Assembly: GCA_951804945.1 (NCBI GenBank) | Contig: OX638163.1 | Span: 44,082,001-44,146,000, forward strand | Direction of reading: 5' to 3' | DNA from: Podarcis cretensis | Taxonomy: Eukaryota | Length of the DNA: 64,000 nucleotides | In this document: one piece after another, positions 36,733 through 50,925 of the stretch | Numbering within the stretch: position 1 is the first letter of the stretch | Layout: each line of letters starts with the position of its first letter | Translations under genes and position numbers: made by a program | Notes under the pieces: model-generated | Database searches by the model: none | What the model was told of the DNA's origin: nothing | What the model saw: only the letters and a program-made list of their open reading frames with translations

Positions 36733-36974
36733 ACATAGTACCGTGGTTCTTGAATGGCTTAGTTGTCAAACAAATAGGCTCCCGAATGCTGCAAATGCAG
36801 AAGTTAGTGTTCTGGTTTGCAAATGTTTTTCAGAAGACAAACGTCTGGTGTGGCTTTCGCTTGAGTGCAGGAAGTTCCTGCAGCCAATCAGAAGCCATGC
36901 CTTGGTTTTCAAACCATTTCAGGAATCGAATGGACTGCTGGAACGGATTAAGTTCAAGAATCAAGGTACCACTG
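36733..36974. mobile_element. Tc1/mariner (Tigger-like) MITE
   Basis: gtaccgtggttcttgaa...ttcaagaatcaaggtaccactg-ta; shares the cctgcagccaatcagaagc core with 19658/35735 in opposite orientation. Confidence 0.8.
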
Positions 36975-37977
36975 TAGTTTTATTGTACTGTTGCTGCAGG
37001 TTTGTCATGACCTTTCACATGAACAATGAACCTAGATCGACTGAGTGATTATTTAGCATTAGCAGAACTCTGCTTTTCTTCTTTTTAATGCCAACATAAA
37101 AAAAAAAAAAATTGTTTAGTCTCTCTGAAAGAAATTTCTCAAGGGATTAAATGAAACATCAAGTATCTCTATGGCTCTGGGCAACATATTTACTTTCACC
37201 TGCCTTGACTCAGATTCACTTTGTCTCGCTATGTTCATGTTTGCCTTTAGATGGCAACAGAGAACAAGAAATAGCCTCTTCCAGAATAGTAAGGAAAAGC
37301 CGAAATGGAGTTCAAAAAGTCAACTCTGATTTTCCTCATTTCATTTTTCTTTTCATAGTCTTTGAATGCAAAGCAGCAATACCAACGCAGAGCTTGTCTG
37401 AGGCCCAGGGTAGGGGTCCCCAGTCAGCTGGGAGGCATGTGGCATTCAGGGCATGACAGCTTAAGTCTGGGAGGCCCCTGGCGGGGTCCCCTGGCTGGCT
37501 TAACCTTCCAAGTCCTGGGGCAAGGGTACCAAACTGCCTCCTGCTCTGTACTGGCCCCAAAGTAGTGGTTGAGGTGGCTTTCCATGTGGAGACATGCAGA
37601 GGGGGCAGGAGTAGCTTTCACTGTTTTAACATGAACTTTAGGTATCTGTTTGATTGAGCTAAGTGTAGTTCAAGGTTTTGAAGGGAACATTCATGGGGCT
37701 GGAAGGGATGAAATAGAAAGAAGTGAAGATGCCCACAATGTTTTAGAGGGTTGGTAAAGTTATTCAACTTGCAGGTTGGGGAACATACATTTATAATGGC
37801 CAGCAGCTGAGGCCCCTATGCCCCTCTTCCTTTCATTTCCTTTTCCAAACATAATTATTTAGGGATGGATGGACAGATCAACCTTTTTCAATTCCATTTC
37901 ACTTCTGCATGCACAATGTCATTGCTCTCTTACATCTCATTTCTTTGTGTTGTAACAAGCACACACTGCGCACATTT

Positions 37978-38182
37978 GGGGTTGTATATAACATTGCCAT
38001 TCCACTTGTGCAACAACTTCTGCTTGCACAACAGCAAGACTTCTGCTTGTACAAGAGAACTTCCCCTTCTGCCCTGGTGCAACCCTCTCAAAAGTGTTGG
38101 GAGTCTCTCTGGCGCATATTTTGAGAAGGGGAAGACCCATTGCACATGCAGAACACAGCTCACATAGAGTTGAATACAAGCC
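37978..38182. mobile_element. Old MITE-like remnant
   Basis: Termini ggttgtatataac / gttgaatacaagcc; internal acttctgcttgcacaa repeats. Confidence 0.4.
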
Positions 38183-38784
38183 TTAAACTGCATGCAAATT
38201 GTACACATTTTGTACACATCCCTCTCCCCCAAATTCATTTATTAACTTTGTAGAACATCCTTCATCCAATGATCTCAGGACAGTTTACAGCATAAAATAC
38301 AAAATAAAAAAACAAAGTTCATAATAAAAGGCAAGTACAAGAACAAAACAAATGAACCCATTACCCTCTTTAAAATATGCAATGTTGTGTGCTTTACAAT
38401 GTATTTCTCCTGAAGATATATGGTTTCCCCGCATAAGATATGCATTCATGTGCACATTATTTAACCAAAACAAGAGCACAATATTTTGAGAAATGCATGA
38501 TCTGATTGGTAGCTATGTTTCAATCTGTGCATAAATCAACAATGCCCCTGGTAGCCACTACTTTGTGCCTTAGAAAGGGAGGGAGGAAAGGCAGAGAAAG
38601 AGATGACTCGCAACTGATGCTGGCCATTATAAATGTAGATTCTTCTACTCTTGAAAGTCTGAAGATTTTGATTTGTCCATTCCCGTGAAAGAACTGAAAG
38701 TGCTTCCCATCTCTTGCTGCTAGAGAATATGGCTTTGAAGACCAGGAAGCACTTTTTGCCCAGCATTAGTGAAGAATATAATAG

Positions 38785-38950
38785 TGTAAGAAAAATGCTG
38801 CTGGATGAGACCAAGGGCCCATCTCTGTTCCAGCATTGTGCTCTCACAGTGGCCAGCCAGATGCCTCCAGTAAGCCTGCAAACAGGACTTGAGCACAACA
38901 GCACCCCTCCCTGTTTGTAATTGCCAGCAATTGGCATTCTGAGCAGTATT
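38785..38950 (-). mobile_element. CR1 3' UTR fragment
   Basis: tgctggatgagaccaagggcccatct..ccagcat..ctcacagtggccagccagatgcct. Confidence 0.65.
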
Positions 38951-39002
38951 CTCTCTGGATGAGAGACAGCTTTATCAGAGCAGCATAATATAAACAGGGG
39001 AA

Positions 39003-39190
39003 GGGCCATAGCTCAAAAGCACAGCACATACATTGCATGTAGAAAGCTCCAGGGACAATTCCTGGTACCCCCAGGGCAGGACTGGGAAAGACCCTAAAAC
39101 TCTGAAAATTCACTGTCAATCAGTATAGAGACAATCCAGAGTGAGTTGGACAAATGGTCTGGCTAGGTATAAGGCAAATTTCTATTGTAT
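39003..39190 (+). mobile_element. Squam2-like SINE
   Basis: gggccatagctca head ... ggacaaatggtctggctaggtataaggca tail. Confidence 0.65.
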
Positions 39191-39499
39191 TCCTCTGAGT
39201 GACTTGTCTTGCAAGACATCCTGTCTATTTTTGTGTGTGAGAAGAGCCCTGTCTCCTTCCTAGACGCATCAGGGTTCTATGGCAGGTAAAACAACATGAG
39301 AGCCTGGTTTTCTAGGAGTTTGATTATGTGTGTTCATAATTAGATATTTGTACACATGATTTCAGCAGCCTTCCCCAACCTGGTGCCCTCCATATGTTTT
39401 TGATGACAGTTTCCCTCAAACCTTGCCAGCATAAACACAAGGTTGGGGGAAAGCTTTTATACCATGCTGGTTCATACTGTCAGTGATGACAACATTAAA

Positions 39500-39695
39500 A
39501 ATTTCCCTGAGCAGGGCTGCCATTGACATCTGACAGGAGGACAGGCACCACTACCAAGAAGGTCCTCTGCCTGGTTCCCTTCTCTCAGTGAGGGACCTGC
39601 CAGAAGGTCCTCAAAGCTAGATCTCAGTGTCTGGGCTGAATGATGGAGGTTGGAGACACTCCTTCAGGTATACAGGGCCAAAGCTGTTTAGGGCT
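39500..39695 (-). mobile_element. L2 3' fragment
   Basis: Reverse complement of the 2500-2740 region (gacatctga..ggcaccactaccaagaagg..ctctgcctggttccc). Confidence 0.8.
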
Positions 39696-41309
39696 TATTA
39701 CAGAATGTATCGTTATGATTTCATCTCTCATCACCTCATTCAGAATGTTCATTCATGAAATCAGTTTATATTCAGCTGCTGGCCAACAGCTGCACAGCAA
39801 CTGAGAGTACAGAGGCAGAAAGCAAAGTATCTTACTGATTGGGTCAGGAAAAAGGCCATGATCTCATTCATGCTGTGCCATGATCAGCTGAGGGCACTGA
39901 CTAAAAGCAGGATTGGAAAGTGTGTGTTTGTCTCAATCTCCCCTCTTGACCAGGGTGTAGAGAGGAATTGTATGCGTAGGCTCTGCCAATGTTGTTTGAA
40001 CTGTATGGAATCAAAGAAGTCCTTTGTGCCTGGACTAAGAAAGCCCGTTTGCACTTGCTCTACAAAAAATAAAAAGAGAGAGAGAAAAGCATGTTGTCAG
40101 AGTTACAGCGAAGTACAATCCATTTGAACCAGAGGTCAAACCATCTCTGAAAAGGACATGTACACTATGTAATGCCTCGCTCTGTTGTGTAAATATAAAA
40201 AAGACAACTCCCAGCATTCCATCACACTCTGGCCTCACCAGGAAGTATAAGCCCAAGTATAGCTGTGTGCCAGTAATGTAGTGGCAAATTAAGAAGTATG
40301 GGTTCCCTTCAGCAAATTCACAGCCACATCCCCTCAAAGCTGCCTCCCACTCACAACCTTCTTAGATTATACATTTTGACTCCAATCAGCACAAAAGGTG
40401 AGGAGAATTATCAGTGATTAAAAAGCTCCCCTTTGTTGCTGAGCAGGTGGCTCTAGGATGCTGAAGACAGGGATCTTGCTGGAACCTGATGCAATCCCAC
40501 AACCCCTCCACAAACCCAGAATAGTACACCTCTGCCTATAATGCTGTGCAACATTGAAGTTGATTGCTGTTGCTTAGGAGAACTGTTTGATGCACTTTCA
40601 GGAAAGCTCAAGGGGCTTCTAAACATTCCTTGTGTTGCAGTAGGGCTTTTATTAACATCCCCTCTCTTAAAGAAGCAACCACTCTCTAGAGTAGCTCATT
40701 CTGTGGGTCAAATTGAAGGAATCGGAACTGCAAAGCAAGAAAGTAGAGCTTCCTCTACAGCCAAATGGCTGCCAAATAAGCAAGACAACACTGTCTCAAG
40801 CCTCTCCACTGCTTTAAAAAAGATGCTAAAGCAATAATCTGCAACCTCAGAGTTGAAATGTGTGTATAGCTATGGACTGCATTTAAGACAATGATCAAGC
40901 TTCCAATCAGAGAGAAATAGAGCAATCAACCACCTCTTTGCTCCTAAGAAGCCAGACCACTGTGGCATAATTGTGGCCTTTTATGCTTCTTTTAGTGGTG
41001 GCAGCCTGAAGATGAGTAAGCTAAGTTCAACCTCAGTGGGTGGCACCAAGAGCAGCCTGTCCCAATGTCTCTCTTTGTAAATACCAAGATGAGAATGAAA
41101 GGGCCAGAAGACTAATTTTGCCTCCATTAACTCATCACTGACAAAACCGCCACTGTAGGAGGGCCAAGCTGGCACCAATTGAGCCTGTAGTGCAAATAAT
41201 TCTGGAAAACAAATAACTGGGGACGTCCCTCCCCACACTTACATGCACAGGCACCCTAGGCTGCTTGTGGAGGCTAACAGCAAGTAACACGACTGGTGAA
41301 ACATCTGCA

Positions 41310-41910
41310 CTGGCTGCCCATGTGTTATCAGACCAGGTTCAAGAGTCTTGTACATAAAGCCCTGGACAACATAGGCTCAGGATACCTTAAGGATTGCATG
41401 AATTCTTATATAGGAGCCAACTCCTAGAAGCCAAGAGGGCTCCCCTCATAAAATATTTGAGGAGGGTCCCCTCCCCCCAAGTTGATGGGCATTGCCATTC
41501 AAATGGTGTGCATGCACCATGTCATGTGATCAGTTATGTGGGGCTGGGCTTACCTGGGGCCCCCTAATATTTTATTCAAGTTGGCGTCCCTGATCCCAGC
41601 TCATTCATCCAAACGATCATCCAAAGGAGAGCTGCTAGTTTTCCCTCCCATGTTATAGACAGTCATCTGGCCTCCCCTAGAAATCAGGGATTTAGTGCCA
41701 CCAGTTCAATGCTGTGGAACACTTTTCCAGCTTTCATTTGGCAGTCATCCTCGTTTTTGAATTCCCTTTTATATAAACAAGCCTATGATTAGCCAGTAGT
41801 TTTAATGATCTTTCTGCCCCACTGTTTTTATGGTGTTTTATATTTATCACATGTGTTACTGTATGTTACCTTCCATGAATTGCAAGTTTATAAATGCTTT
41901 TAAAATAAAT
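41310..41910 (+). mobile_element. Old L2 3' fragment interrupted by a hAT MITE
   Basis: ctgcactggctgccc (LHWLP), taaagccct, gctgtggaacact, tttataaatgctttt tail. Confidence 0.6.
41410..41592 (-). mobile_element. hAT MITE, same family as 7701-7892
   Basis: Reverse-complement colinear with 7701-7892. Confidence 0.85.
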
Positions 41911-42218
41911 TAGACTGATTTGTTTCTTCTGCTAAATCAGTTGCTCATTCCCCTAATTATTTTCTTTACCTTCTTACAAACAAACAAACAAGCCACTGTC
42001 TTGCAATACCTCTACAGGTATTTCTGCTCACTTCAGTGAAACAAGATTTCTTTTCTCCCACCCTTCTCAAAGTTTGGAATAGCTGAATATGATTAATGGA
42101 CGTTCAGTTTGGTGAGCAGGGAAATCTATACTGATTCATTGACAGTTTGTGACAGAGGAGTGAGAAATCCTCAGGTTATAAATGAATCATGTCATTGTTT
42201 TGACTCTGAAAAGAATTA

Positions 42219-42284
<66 letters not shown>

Positions 42285-43105
42285 AGTAAAGTCTTACTTT
42301 GCCAAGGTTGGGAGTGGGTGGGATCCCTGCAGACTAATCTGATGTTCTCTTGGGACATGGGGTCATACCCATCTAGGCAGCTCCACTTCTGCATGGATTT
42401 TTAGCTGTGCCATGGAACTCCCCACACTTTCCTCTCCCTGAGAGAGCCCTAAATTTGTTTTTTGGGCTCCACCCAGAGCCAACCTTGCCTATGAGGCTTG
42501 GTAAGGTGGCCATCTCGGATGGCACCCCCCAAGGGGTGTCACTCCCCCTTCCACCATTCAGCATTACTGTTGGTTCCCCCAGCCTCTGGAGGCAGAGAGG
42601 GGTTGGCAGCAAAGCTTTCTGGAACGCCTCCCCTCCTGCTGTGTTGTCAAGAGGAGCAGCATTCCACTACTCAATTTTGACACTGGGCAGCAGATCTCCA
42701 CCCACCTGGTGGTGTGGCAGGACTTTGCACCAGCTTCTCCTGAAGGGAGGAGCCAAAACAAAGTCCCACTTCTGGGTGGGAGGTGGCAAACTGAAAAGGA
42801 TCTCCATCCTTACCCAGTGTTGCAGTGGAGCTTTGCACCGGCATCACCTGAAGAGAGGGTCTGATGCAAAGCCCTGCTGCCAGGTCTAGAATGGATCTCT
42901 CACACACCTGGTGTGGCAGACGAGTTTGCATCCCAATTGCGGGGGCAGCAGTGGGACATTTCACCTCAGGTGACACAGAGTGCATAACTAAATAGTCTGG
43001 TAAGACTGCCGTTTGAAATCATAAAAAAACACACATGAATGTGGTCCTCATGGAGCTAACAATATGAAAATCCAGTGCTAACTGAAAAAGAATTAGGAAG
43101 GAAGT

Positions 43106-43466
43106 TAAAGGTAAAGGACTCCTGGATGGTTGAGTTGAATTGAACTATGGAGTGTGGCACTCATCTTGCTTTTCAGGCCGAGGGAGCCAGCGTTTGTCCA
43201 CAGACAGCTTTCCGGGTCATATGGCCAGCATGACTACACCACTTCTGGCCCAATGGTCCCATTGACCTCATGGAAATGCAGTTTACCTTCCCACCACAGC
43301 GGTACCTATTTATTTACTTGCACTGGCGTGCTTTCGAACTGGTAGGTTGGCAGGAGCTGGGACAGAGTAATGGGAGCTCACCCCATCATGGGGATTCAAA
43401 CCGCCAACCTTCCGATCAGCAAGACCCAAAGGCCCAGTGGTTTAGACCACAGCACTACCCACTCCC
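43106..43466 (-). mobile_element. Sauria SINE, older diverged copy
   Basis: aaaggtaaagg tail, CpG-depleted body, TSD ggaaggaagt (43096-43105, 43470-43479). Confidence 0.9.
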
Positions 43467-46264
43467 TTTGGAAGGAAGTACAGTCTGAGGAAAGACACTC
43501 TATCAGAAGTGCTAACTTAAATAAAATATTGGGGGGTGGGCAAGGTAAGCGGAGCATGCACACTATTTGAATGACAATGCCCATCAAGCTTGGGGGGGCA
43601 GCCCCCTCAAATATTTTATTGAGGAAGTGAATATGCCCAGCAGCCTCTGTTGCAGTTTTAAAGGGCACACAGCATGCAAGTGGGAAGAGGACAGGATGGG
43701 GAAGGTCCATTGTGCAGCTAAGAGTCCTTGTCCTACCAGAAATGTTTAGGGATCCCATTTTTTACAGTACTAAAAGCAAAGGGAAATGAACTAGATCAGG
43801 GATGTGGAACCTGAGACCCCCCCCCAAATAGTTTGATTACAACTCCCATTGCTCCCTGACCATTGTTTATGCTGACTAGGGTTGATGGGAGCTAGAGTCC
43901 AACAGCCTCCTTATGGCCACAGGTTCCCCAACACTAGGCTGGATCCTACACAGTTAGCAAATGATATGACATGTCAACTGTCAAATACTTTAGAATGTCA
44001 CATATGGAAATCAGGAAGCAATGCATGTCAAATACTGACACTGTGTGAATAAATGGCATCACAAGAGAGGGTTTGAAAGGAAATTTAATGGGGAGGGGGA
44101 TTAGTTTCACCTCTGTTCTAAACCCAGCATCTATAGGATAAGGTGGCAAAGAGAGGGTTTTTTTTAATTGTGATAATTCATGAGTAGACTTGTGGCTCAA
44201 ATGAACCTTGGGGTGTTTCACTGGCAAGATCTGTGAAATCAACAAACTGAACTGAGCAAATGATGTGTGGAATATTGCTTCTCTCCATTAATGCAGAAAG
44301 AAATTCACACTGACCCCAGAAATGAAACAGAAAATCGTCTTGGAGAGAGCAGAGGAGCTTTTGCCAGCATCTCCAGCGATTGAAGCAGGAGCCTTAGAGA
44401 CCTCACCTAGTAACAATTATGTCATCAGGTATTTGAGCCCACTTTAATCACAGAACAGAATACAATGGAATAACATCCCACTTCACTACGCCACAGGTAG
44501 AGGTAAGACAGCAAAGCCTCCTCCATCAATCTGGTTGGGACCAGCTGCCATTAGCCTCCACATCCCCCCAAACTTCCCCCTCTGCAAAGCCATACAAAAT
44601 CCATGTCCAGAGATAATGACCCACTAGACCTACAACACAGAACCTGTGGATCTCTGAATGTTGTTGGACACCACTTCCATTAGCTCCAGGTCCCCCAGCC
44701 AGCATGGCCAGTGGTCAAGGGTGATGGCGGTTCAGAGTTTCCCTTCCCTTCACTAGACTGTTCAAACTAAAAGTGTTTCTTTCAACTTCATATCATATGC
44801 ATTGGCACTGATAGATTTTTTTAAAATCAACGTCTGGGACGAAGAATGAGTTTCAATGTTATGTATGCCTTATGTGCAATTAATTCATCAGATGATCAGT
44901 TCCAATAAGGGCATTTAAAAGAAAATTAGTAATACTCTCGTGAACTGTTGGATGAAGTGTAAGGCAGGGCGAGCAACTATGTAAAAGGAATACAACCTTG
45001 AACTTCCTCAGAAAAAGAAAAGAAAATGCATTTATTTGTGTGACTTCTACGCTTTTCTAATTTTCTTCCCCTGTGACAAATTATATCAATGGTAATAAAA
45101 TGTGAGTAGCATAGAAAGTGAGCGCTCAGCAACATAAACATACTGAGCTATTAAGGTAGACAAAACATTAATTATTCATGCTGCCACTGCCATACATGGG
45201 GCAGATGTATGGAACTCTGTGCCCTTCTATTAATAATGTTGACATAGCTGTAGCTTTGGATTCCCCCCCCCCCATATAAACAAAGGAACTTGGGAATATT
45301 AACAGACTTTTGACATTCTTCTGTGGTGTTGACCTGCACACCTGAACACACCATTGGTGACAGTAACTAATGTTGAGCATATATTGTTGTTGTTTTTCTT
45401 CTTTCATTCTTCAGGCCTTGCTGAACTCCGGAAAAGGGTCTAGGTTGGATTCTGTAAAGTTTGCCATTGACTTCCATATGCGTAATTCAACAGGGGGATT
45501 TATCATATTATAACGATTCACACTGCAGTGGTAGATGGATGTCACCATGGGCTCCGAACCAGTGACCTTGAAAACTCATGAATGATCATGGGGATGAATT
45601 CATGGAGGGTAAGTCTTTTGAGGCTATTAGCAACGAGCTGTGAATGAAGCTGATATGTTCAGAGGCAGAATATCTCTGGATTTTGAAGCATCGGGAAGGA
45701 AAACAGGAATGCTTTCATCTTCATGCCCTGTTTCTGTGTGACCAGAATGATCTATTTGGATGTTGCTGGCCTCAAAAGGGATGCAGATGAGTGTGTGTGT
45801 GTGTGTGTGTTATCCTATATACCCCTGGATAAAAGTGATAGCACCCTTTCCTCTGTGACAGCAGGAACAATCTTCAGCAGCTACCTCCAGTACCCAATTC
45901 TCGAGCTAGCAAGGTATCTTGTCACAAATTTTAAGATAAAAAGTTGCAGATCCATTTAAATTAATGGATGCAACTCAGTTATAGCCATTCATTTCAATGG
46001 GTCTGCTCCCAGTAGAACCCAGTCTTTGGCCCTTCTGGAATTGCTAAGAATGGCTATGGACAATGGCACCAATTCATCTCCAGATGAGGAACAGAATATA
46101 TTTTATGAATGGAGCAACAGTCTCCCCAATTAAGATTCCCAGCAGCTGGTATTCAGAGGCACACCAACTCCCAACAGTGGAAGTAGTACACAGCTATTGT
46201 GGCTACGTACTATACTTCGCAAGGCATCTTCTGCTCTCCTGTCTGTTGCCAGAATGTTTATCTT

Positions 46265-46740
46265 TCATTTAACAAAATGTGCACGCCTCCTAACTGTAAA
46301 TAAAAACTGCTAAGCAGTTTACAAGGGATGTGAAATAGACATTCAAATTGTTGAGTTAAAAATAATCAACATTAAAAACAAGTTTTTGAAAATGCAAAAT
46401 GAATAAAATTGGCAGATAAATGTATACATTATAAGCTAAAATTACAAATTAAAATGCACAGCAACTTTACATGTCTAGGTAGGCTTGTCTAAACAGAAAC
46501 ATTTTTAGCAGGTGCCAGAAAGGGTACAGTGAAAGCAGTGTAAAAGGACAGGCAGTTTTACAGCATAGGAGATCCTGTGTTAAGAGATCGTTTCCTTACA
46601 AATGTGGAACGAATATTATGTGGCCTTTGTAACATTCTGAGTTCTGCAGATCAAAGCCATCAGGCATATTTGGGGTAAGGTAAGCCTTCTAGTGAACTGG
46701 TCCCAAGCTGCTATATACTCTTAGTAAGACATTGAACGCT
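46265..46740 (-). mobile_element. Old L2-like 3' fragment
   Basis: aggcttgtctaaacagaaacatttttagcaggtgccagaaag..ggtcccaagctg; antisense L2 tail pattern. Confidence 0.45.
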
Positions 46741-47885
46741 ACCCAGTAAGAAATTGGCAAATTTTGAGGGGAACTATTGGTTTGGCCCACACCAGTGATT
46801 ATTAAATTCTCACCATCTCTGAATTGTTCAGCTCTGTCCCCTGGCAAGAAATGCTATTTAGATCTCTTTATACAAGGGGGGGGGTAGAAGAGAAGGTTTT
46901 TCAACATTTAACAATTTTGGTTTTTTCCCTTGGAGTCTCAGATAACACTCTTTGTGATAACCCAGCTGCCTCTGGAAGGCCCTTATCTAAATAGACTTTG
47001 TAGAACATCATTTTAAAAAGTCACATTAAAGGTTATTTATTACTCCCTTAGAAATGAATCTTTCTAGCATTTCTTCTTCTTCTCTTTGCTCTTCATTTCA
47101 GCCACATGATAAAAGCTAAAACCAGCTTCAGCAATCCAATAGGTAGAACAGGAGGAGATGTAAGGGACTTGCAAATAGCGTAAATTTGATTTTCTCCACA
47201 GATCATAATATAGTTGCTACAAAAAATTAAAGAGACAGTTGAAGACAATTCTGCGGATCCTGTGGAAACTGGATTTGAACTATAGGATCACAATACCTCA
47301 AGGACTGCATCCACCTGTGTGAACCAACCCAGACCCTGCAATCATTATCTGAGGCCCTTCTTCATGTGCCCCCTCCATGAGAAGTCTGGAGGGTAGCAAT
47401 ATGAGAACAGGCCTTTTCTGAAGTGGCTCAGGAAGTGCAAGTGCATGAAACCTGCTGCAAGAAACACATGATACAACATTCAATTGCTTGCCCTTTCTGT
47501 TTGAAGTAATTACTTATACATTTGAATCTATGCCTATTATTTATTTTAAAAATTTCTATACTGCTGCCACCTTGGGCTCCTTCGAAAGGAATGATGGGAT
47601 ATACATTGAAATCATCATCACATCTACTTCTTCATCATCCGTGTTGCTCCAGGTATATCAAAAGAAAAACAGGTAATAGGGTTTCAATCTGCCCCAGATA
47701 GGATTACATTTCTCTTGAAGACATGCATTTTCAATTCATCTCTCCTCCTGGATTCAATCCTGAATATAGATGCCCAGGTTTTCACAGTGGCCAAAAGCAC
47801 TTTTGCACAGGGGTAAAATGTGAGACCTGGCCACAGATGTATTGTGAATGTAATGTTATCCTGTGTGGTCTTTGACAGCAATAAA

Positions 47886-47920
<35 letters not shown>
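47886..47920. repeat. (GATT)n microsatellite
   Basis: Direct. Confidence 0.95.
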
Positions 47921-48170
47921 GTAATATTATCAAATCTGCCAACCATGTTTAGATGAGTGTAGCATACAATCTTCAACATTATCTTGCCACTTCCTCCACA
48001 CTTCCTCTTCCCCTTTTGTGCACAAATCCATCTTCCCATTTTAACTTTTAGAAACAGCTGTGGTGATCTCAACAGCTTCATAAATATTTTCACTCATAAC
48101 CTTCAGCTCAAATCAGATTGCAAACCTACTGCTACATGCAATTGCATACTGTGGATTGGAATGAACCATT

Positions 48171-48207
<37 letters not shown>

Positions 48208-50267
48208 TGTCACTGCAGACCATGGTTAGCTGAAACCATTAAAGGGAGTGGAACATTTGCTTCCAAAGAGAGAGGAGAAAGAGGAGGAGGGTGTGAATCT
48301 TCAGGACATTCCAGATTGCCTAACCATGGTTCAAGCAATATGGCTGCATCAATCCTTACATCATTTTGCCACTGAGATGATTGAAAATGCTGGTTTGAGT
48401 TAAATTAAGATGAGAGAATAAGAGGGAGGGAAAGAACTCCAGACCCTTATTTATATTTTGCTCTGAGTATCTTTGTGAGCAACGAGATTGCAGTGATACA
48501 TATCAAAAGGGCACAGGAATAATCACTGCTAAGTTTCATATATTCTGGTCATGAAAAGCATTTGATATGGAGTGGGGAGGGAAAAAATATCTGCTTCATT
48601 TTTCTTAATCCACATGTGGCAAACTGCTGAGAGGAGCTTTTCAAGGGCTGCAATTTAAATGAAAATAAAATACCGATAAAAGATGTTGATGAAGACTGGT
48701 AAGGTAAGAAAAAGCAATATCTTAAAGACTGAAAAATATTAACTCTCTTCTAAAGAGGGGAAGCAGGTTTATATCTAATGCAATGCTTGCATCCACAGCA
48801 GTATGCGGACGGGATAGGTGGGGAGGGGAAATGACTGCCTGCAATATTCAGTCATCACTGGCTGGTCCAGTATCAGGCTGGGGGGCAGGCACTCTGGTGT
48901 CACCCACCCTCTGTGGTATGCCATGCTTGTAATGACAGGCAGGTCGCAATAGCAGCATGTGCTGGTTTGCTGTGAATTGCTGTTTCAGTTTCCCAGAATG
49001 ATGTTGTCAAAGAGGTAGTGAAATTCACCAGATTGGATGACTTTAAAGGGTTTTTAGAAAAAAAAAAAACATGGAGGATAAGGCTATCAATGTCTGCTAG
49101 ACACAATGGCTATGTTCTTTGTTGGGGCATTGCTGTGTGGCATTAAAATGATGGTTCCCAGGGTGAAGTTATTTTGGAGACTTTGTGAATAAGTAAAATG
49201 ATAGAAGCCTCAGAGACTTAGCTACCATGTGCGGTGGTGGGGCAAAGGAGGCAGGAGTGGGGTCAGCTGCAACATTCCAAGACTGCAAGGTCTTTCCCTA
49301 GATTTTAGGGGGGGGGAGCAAGCAATTGAAAATACTCATTTCAGGACCAGGGGGGCGGGACACTGTTTAGATAGGCTTCAAGGCCCGAGCAAACTTAGGA
49401 TACTGAAAGCAAGAAGAATTCTGAATTTGCTAAGGTAGGACCTAGGAAACAAGGTGTATTAATTTTTAAACAGCCTATATTAAGGAGACAGAATCCACCC
49501 CCCCCCCCAGTAACCTCCAAGGTCAGGCTCACCTATTGGCATGGGCAAAAACAGACATTTGCTGAACTGAAAAATCAAAATGGGAGATCAGATGAGTTTA
49601 TGATGATAATGGGAGTCAGGGCAGCAGAGGAAAGTAGCTGCGTATCCAGTTCATAATATATAGTTCATTTGTTTTGTATTGTATTGTACTTTTATTTATT
49701 CATGAGTTAACCATCTGCCATAATTCCCATATCCAGTATCGTACAGCAGTTGTATATAACAAAGCCATCAACCTAAGTATATATCATACAATTTAGTCAT
49801 ACATATTCAGTAACAAGATAATATAAAGGGACATAAGTAATCTCCAAGTCATTTCATTAGCCCTTTCAAATTCTCCATAAATCAGGATAAAGAAAGATAA
49901 TAAACATAATAACATCCTGCACTTTTGCCTTGAAAAAGCCACTGAATCAGTTAAGATTATTAAACAACATGAAATCACACAAGCGTTATTCCATTCCTGC
50001 TCCCACCCCCCAATGCTGCCCAAGTTTTTTGAGGAAGGGGGGATGAAAATAGTAACAAATGGGGTAAATTTCTGTGAGACTAGTTCAGGTTTCAGAAACA
50101 TTTCTCTTGTATGTTTCTTTACAGTGTCCACCCACCCCATGATACATATGCAATGTATTTTACTGAAGTAACTGTATTAGATTCTGTGGAGGTGTAACCA
50201 CTGTAGAGGTAAAAACTAAGAGAAGGGAGGGGAGCAGTGGCAGCTGGATGATGATGATGATGATGAT

Positions 50268-50595
50268 GGTATCTGTACCCTCCCATCCAACTGGTTTTCC
50301 CCAGCCACCCTGAGCAGCTTCCAACATATACAAAAACCCAATAAAACATTACACTTTAAAAAGACTCCTCTAAACAGGTCTGCCTTCAGATGTCTTCTAA
50401 AGGTTACTCATCACCTTGATATATTATGGGTGTTCTACAGTGTGGATGCCACTATTGATAAGGCCCTTTGCAGGGTTCCCTGTAGTGAGGGAACTGCCAT
50501 AAGGCCATTGGAGCTGGACCTCAGTGTCTGGGTTGAACAATTGGGGTGGAGATGCTCCTTCAAGTGTACAGGGCCAAAGCCATTTAGGGCTTTAG
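50268..50595 (-). mobile_element. L2 3' fragment
   Basis: Reverse complement of 2490-2840 (cccatccaactggttttccccagccacc..gccttcagatgtcttctaaa..tggacctcagtgtc..tttagggcttt). Confidence 0.88.
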
Positions 50596-50925
50596 GGTAA
50601 ATGCAGGCACTACCCCGCCAATATCTGCTTCTCAGCCAGTCCCCACCTGCCTGCCTTCTTATTTACAACTAGTCCAGGGGTGATGCTGCCAGCCAGTTTC
50701 CTCTGCTACCTAATTTTTAGATTTTGCACATTTTTATTCTGTCCCCATTCAGTGTAATGTAACATCGCTCCATTTACTTCCTGCTTGGATTTTAAGAATC
50801 CAAGGGTTTGTAAAACTTGTCTCTTCTTTGTGATAGTCTTTGATGAACCTGGTGTGGTGGTTCTCTTCTCTCCCTGACTTCAGATTGTGCATGGGCATAT
50901 TTTTCTCTGATCCCATCCAGCTTAA

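Larger units (their letters stand above)
34800..37050 (+). mobile_element. Degenerate RTE-X-like LINE (RT domain to 3' end) with two MITE insertions
   Basis: YVAFIELSAAFDSIN (RT motif), GVKQGGILAPTLLNFYINDL, NVDEL (YADD-like), C-terminal RASYLTKL..MPTAVLDG..LACPLH; many stops and frameshifts. Confidence 0.75.

Noticed and set aside
49130-49620. Possible additional LTR
   Set aside because: No convincing TG..CA termini, TSD or second copy in the window.
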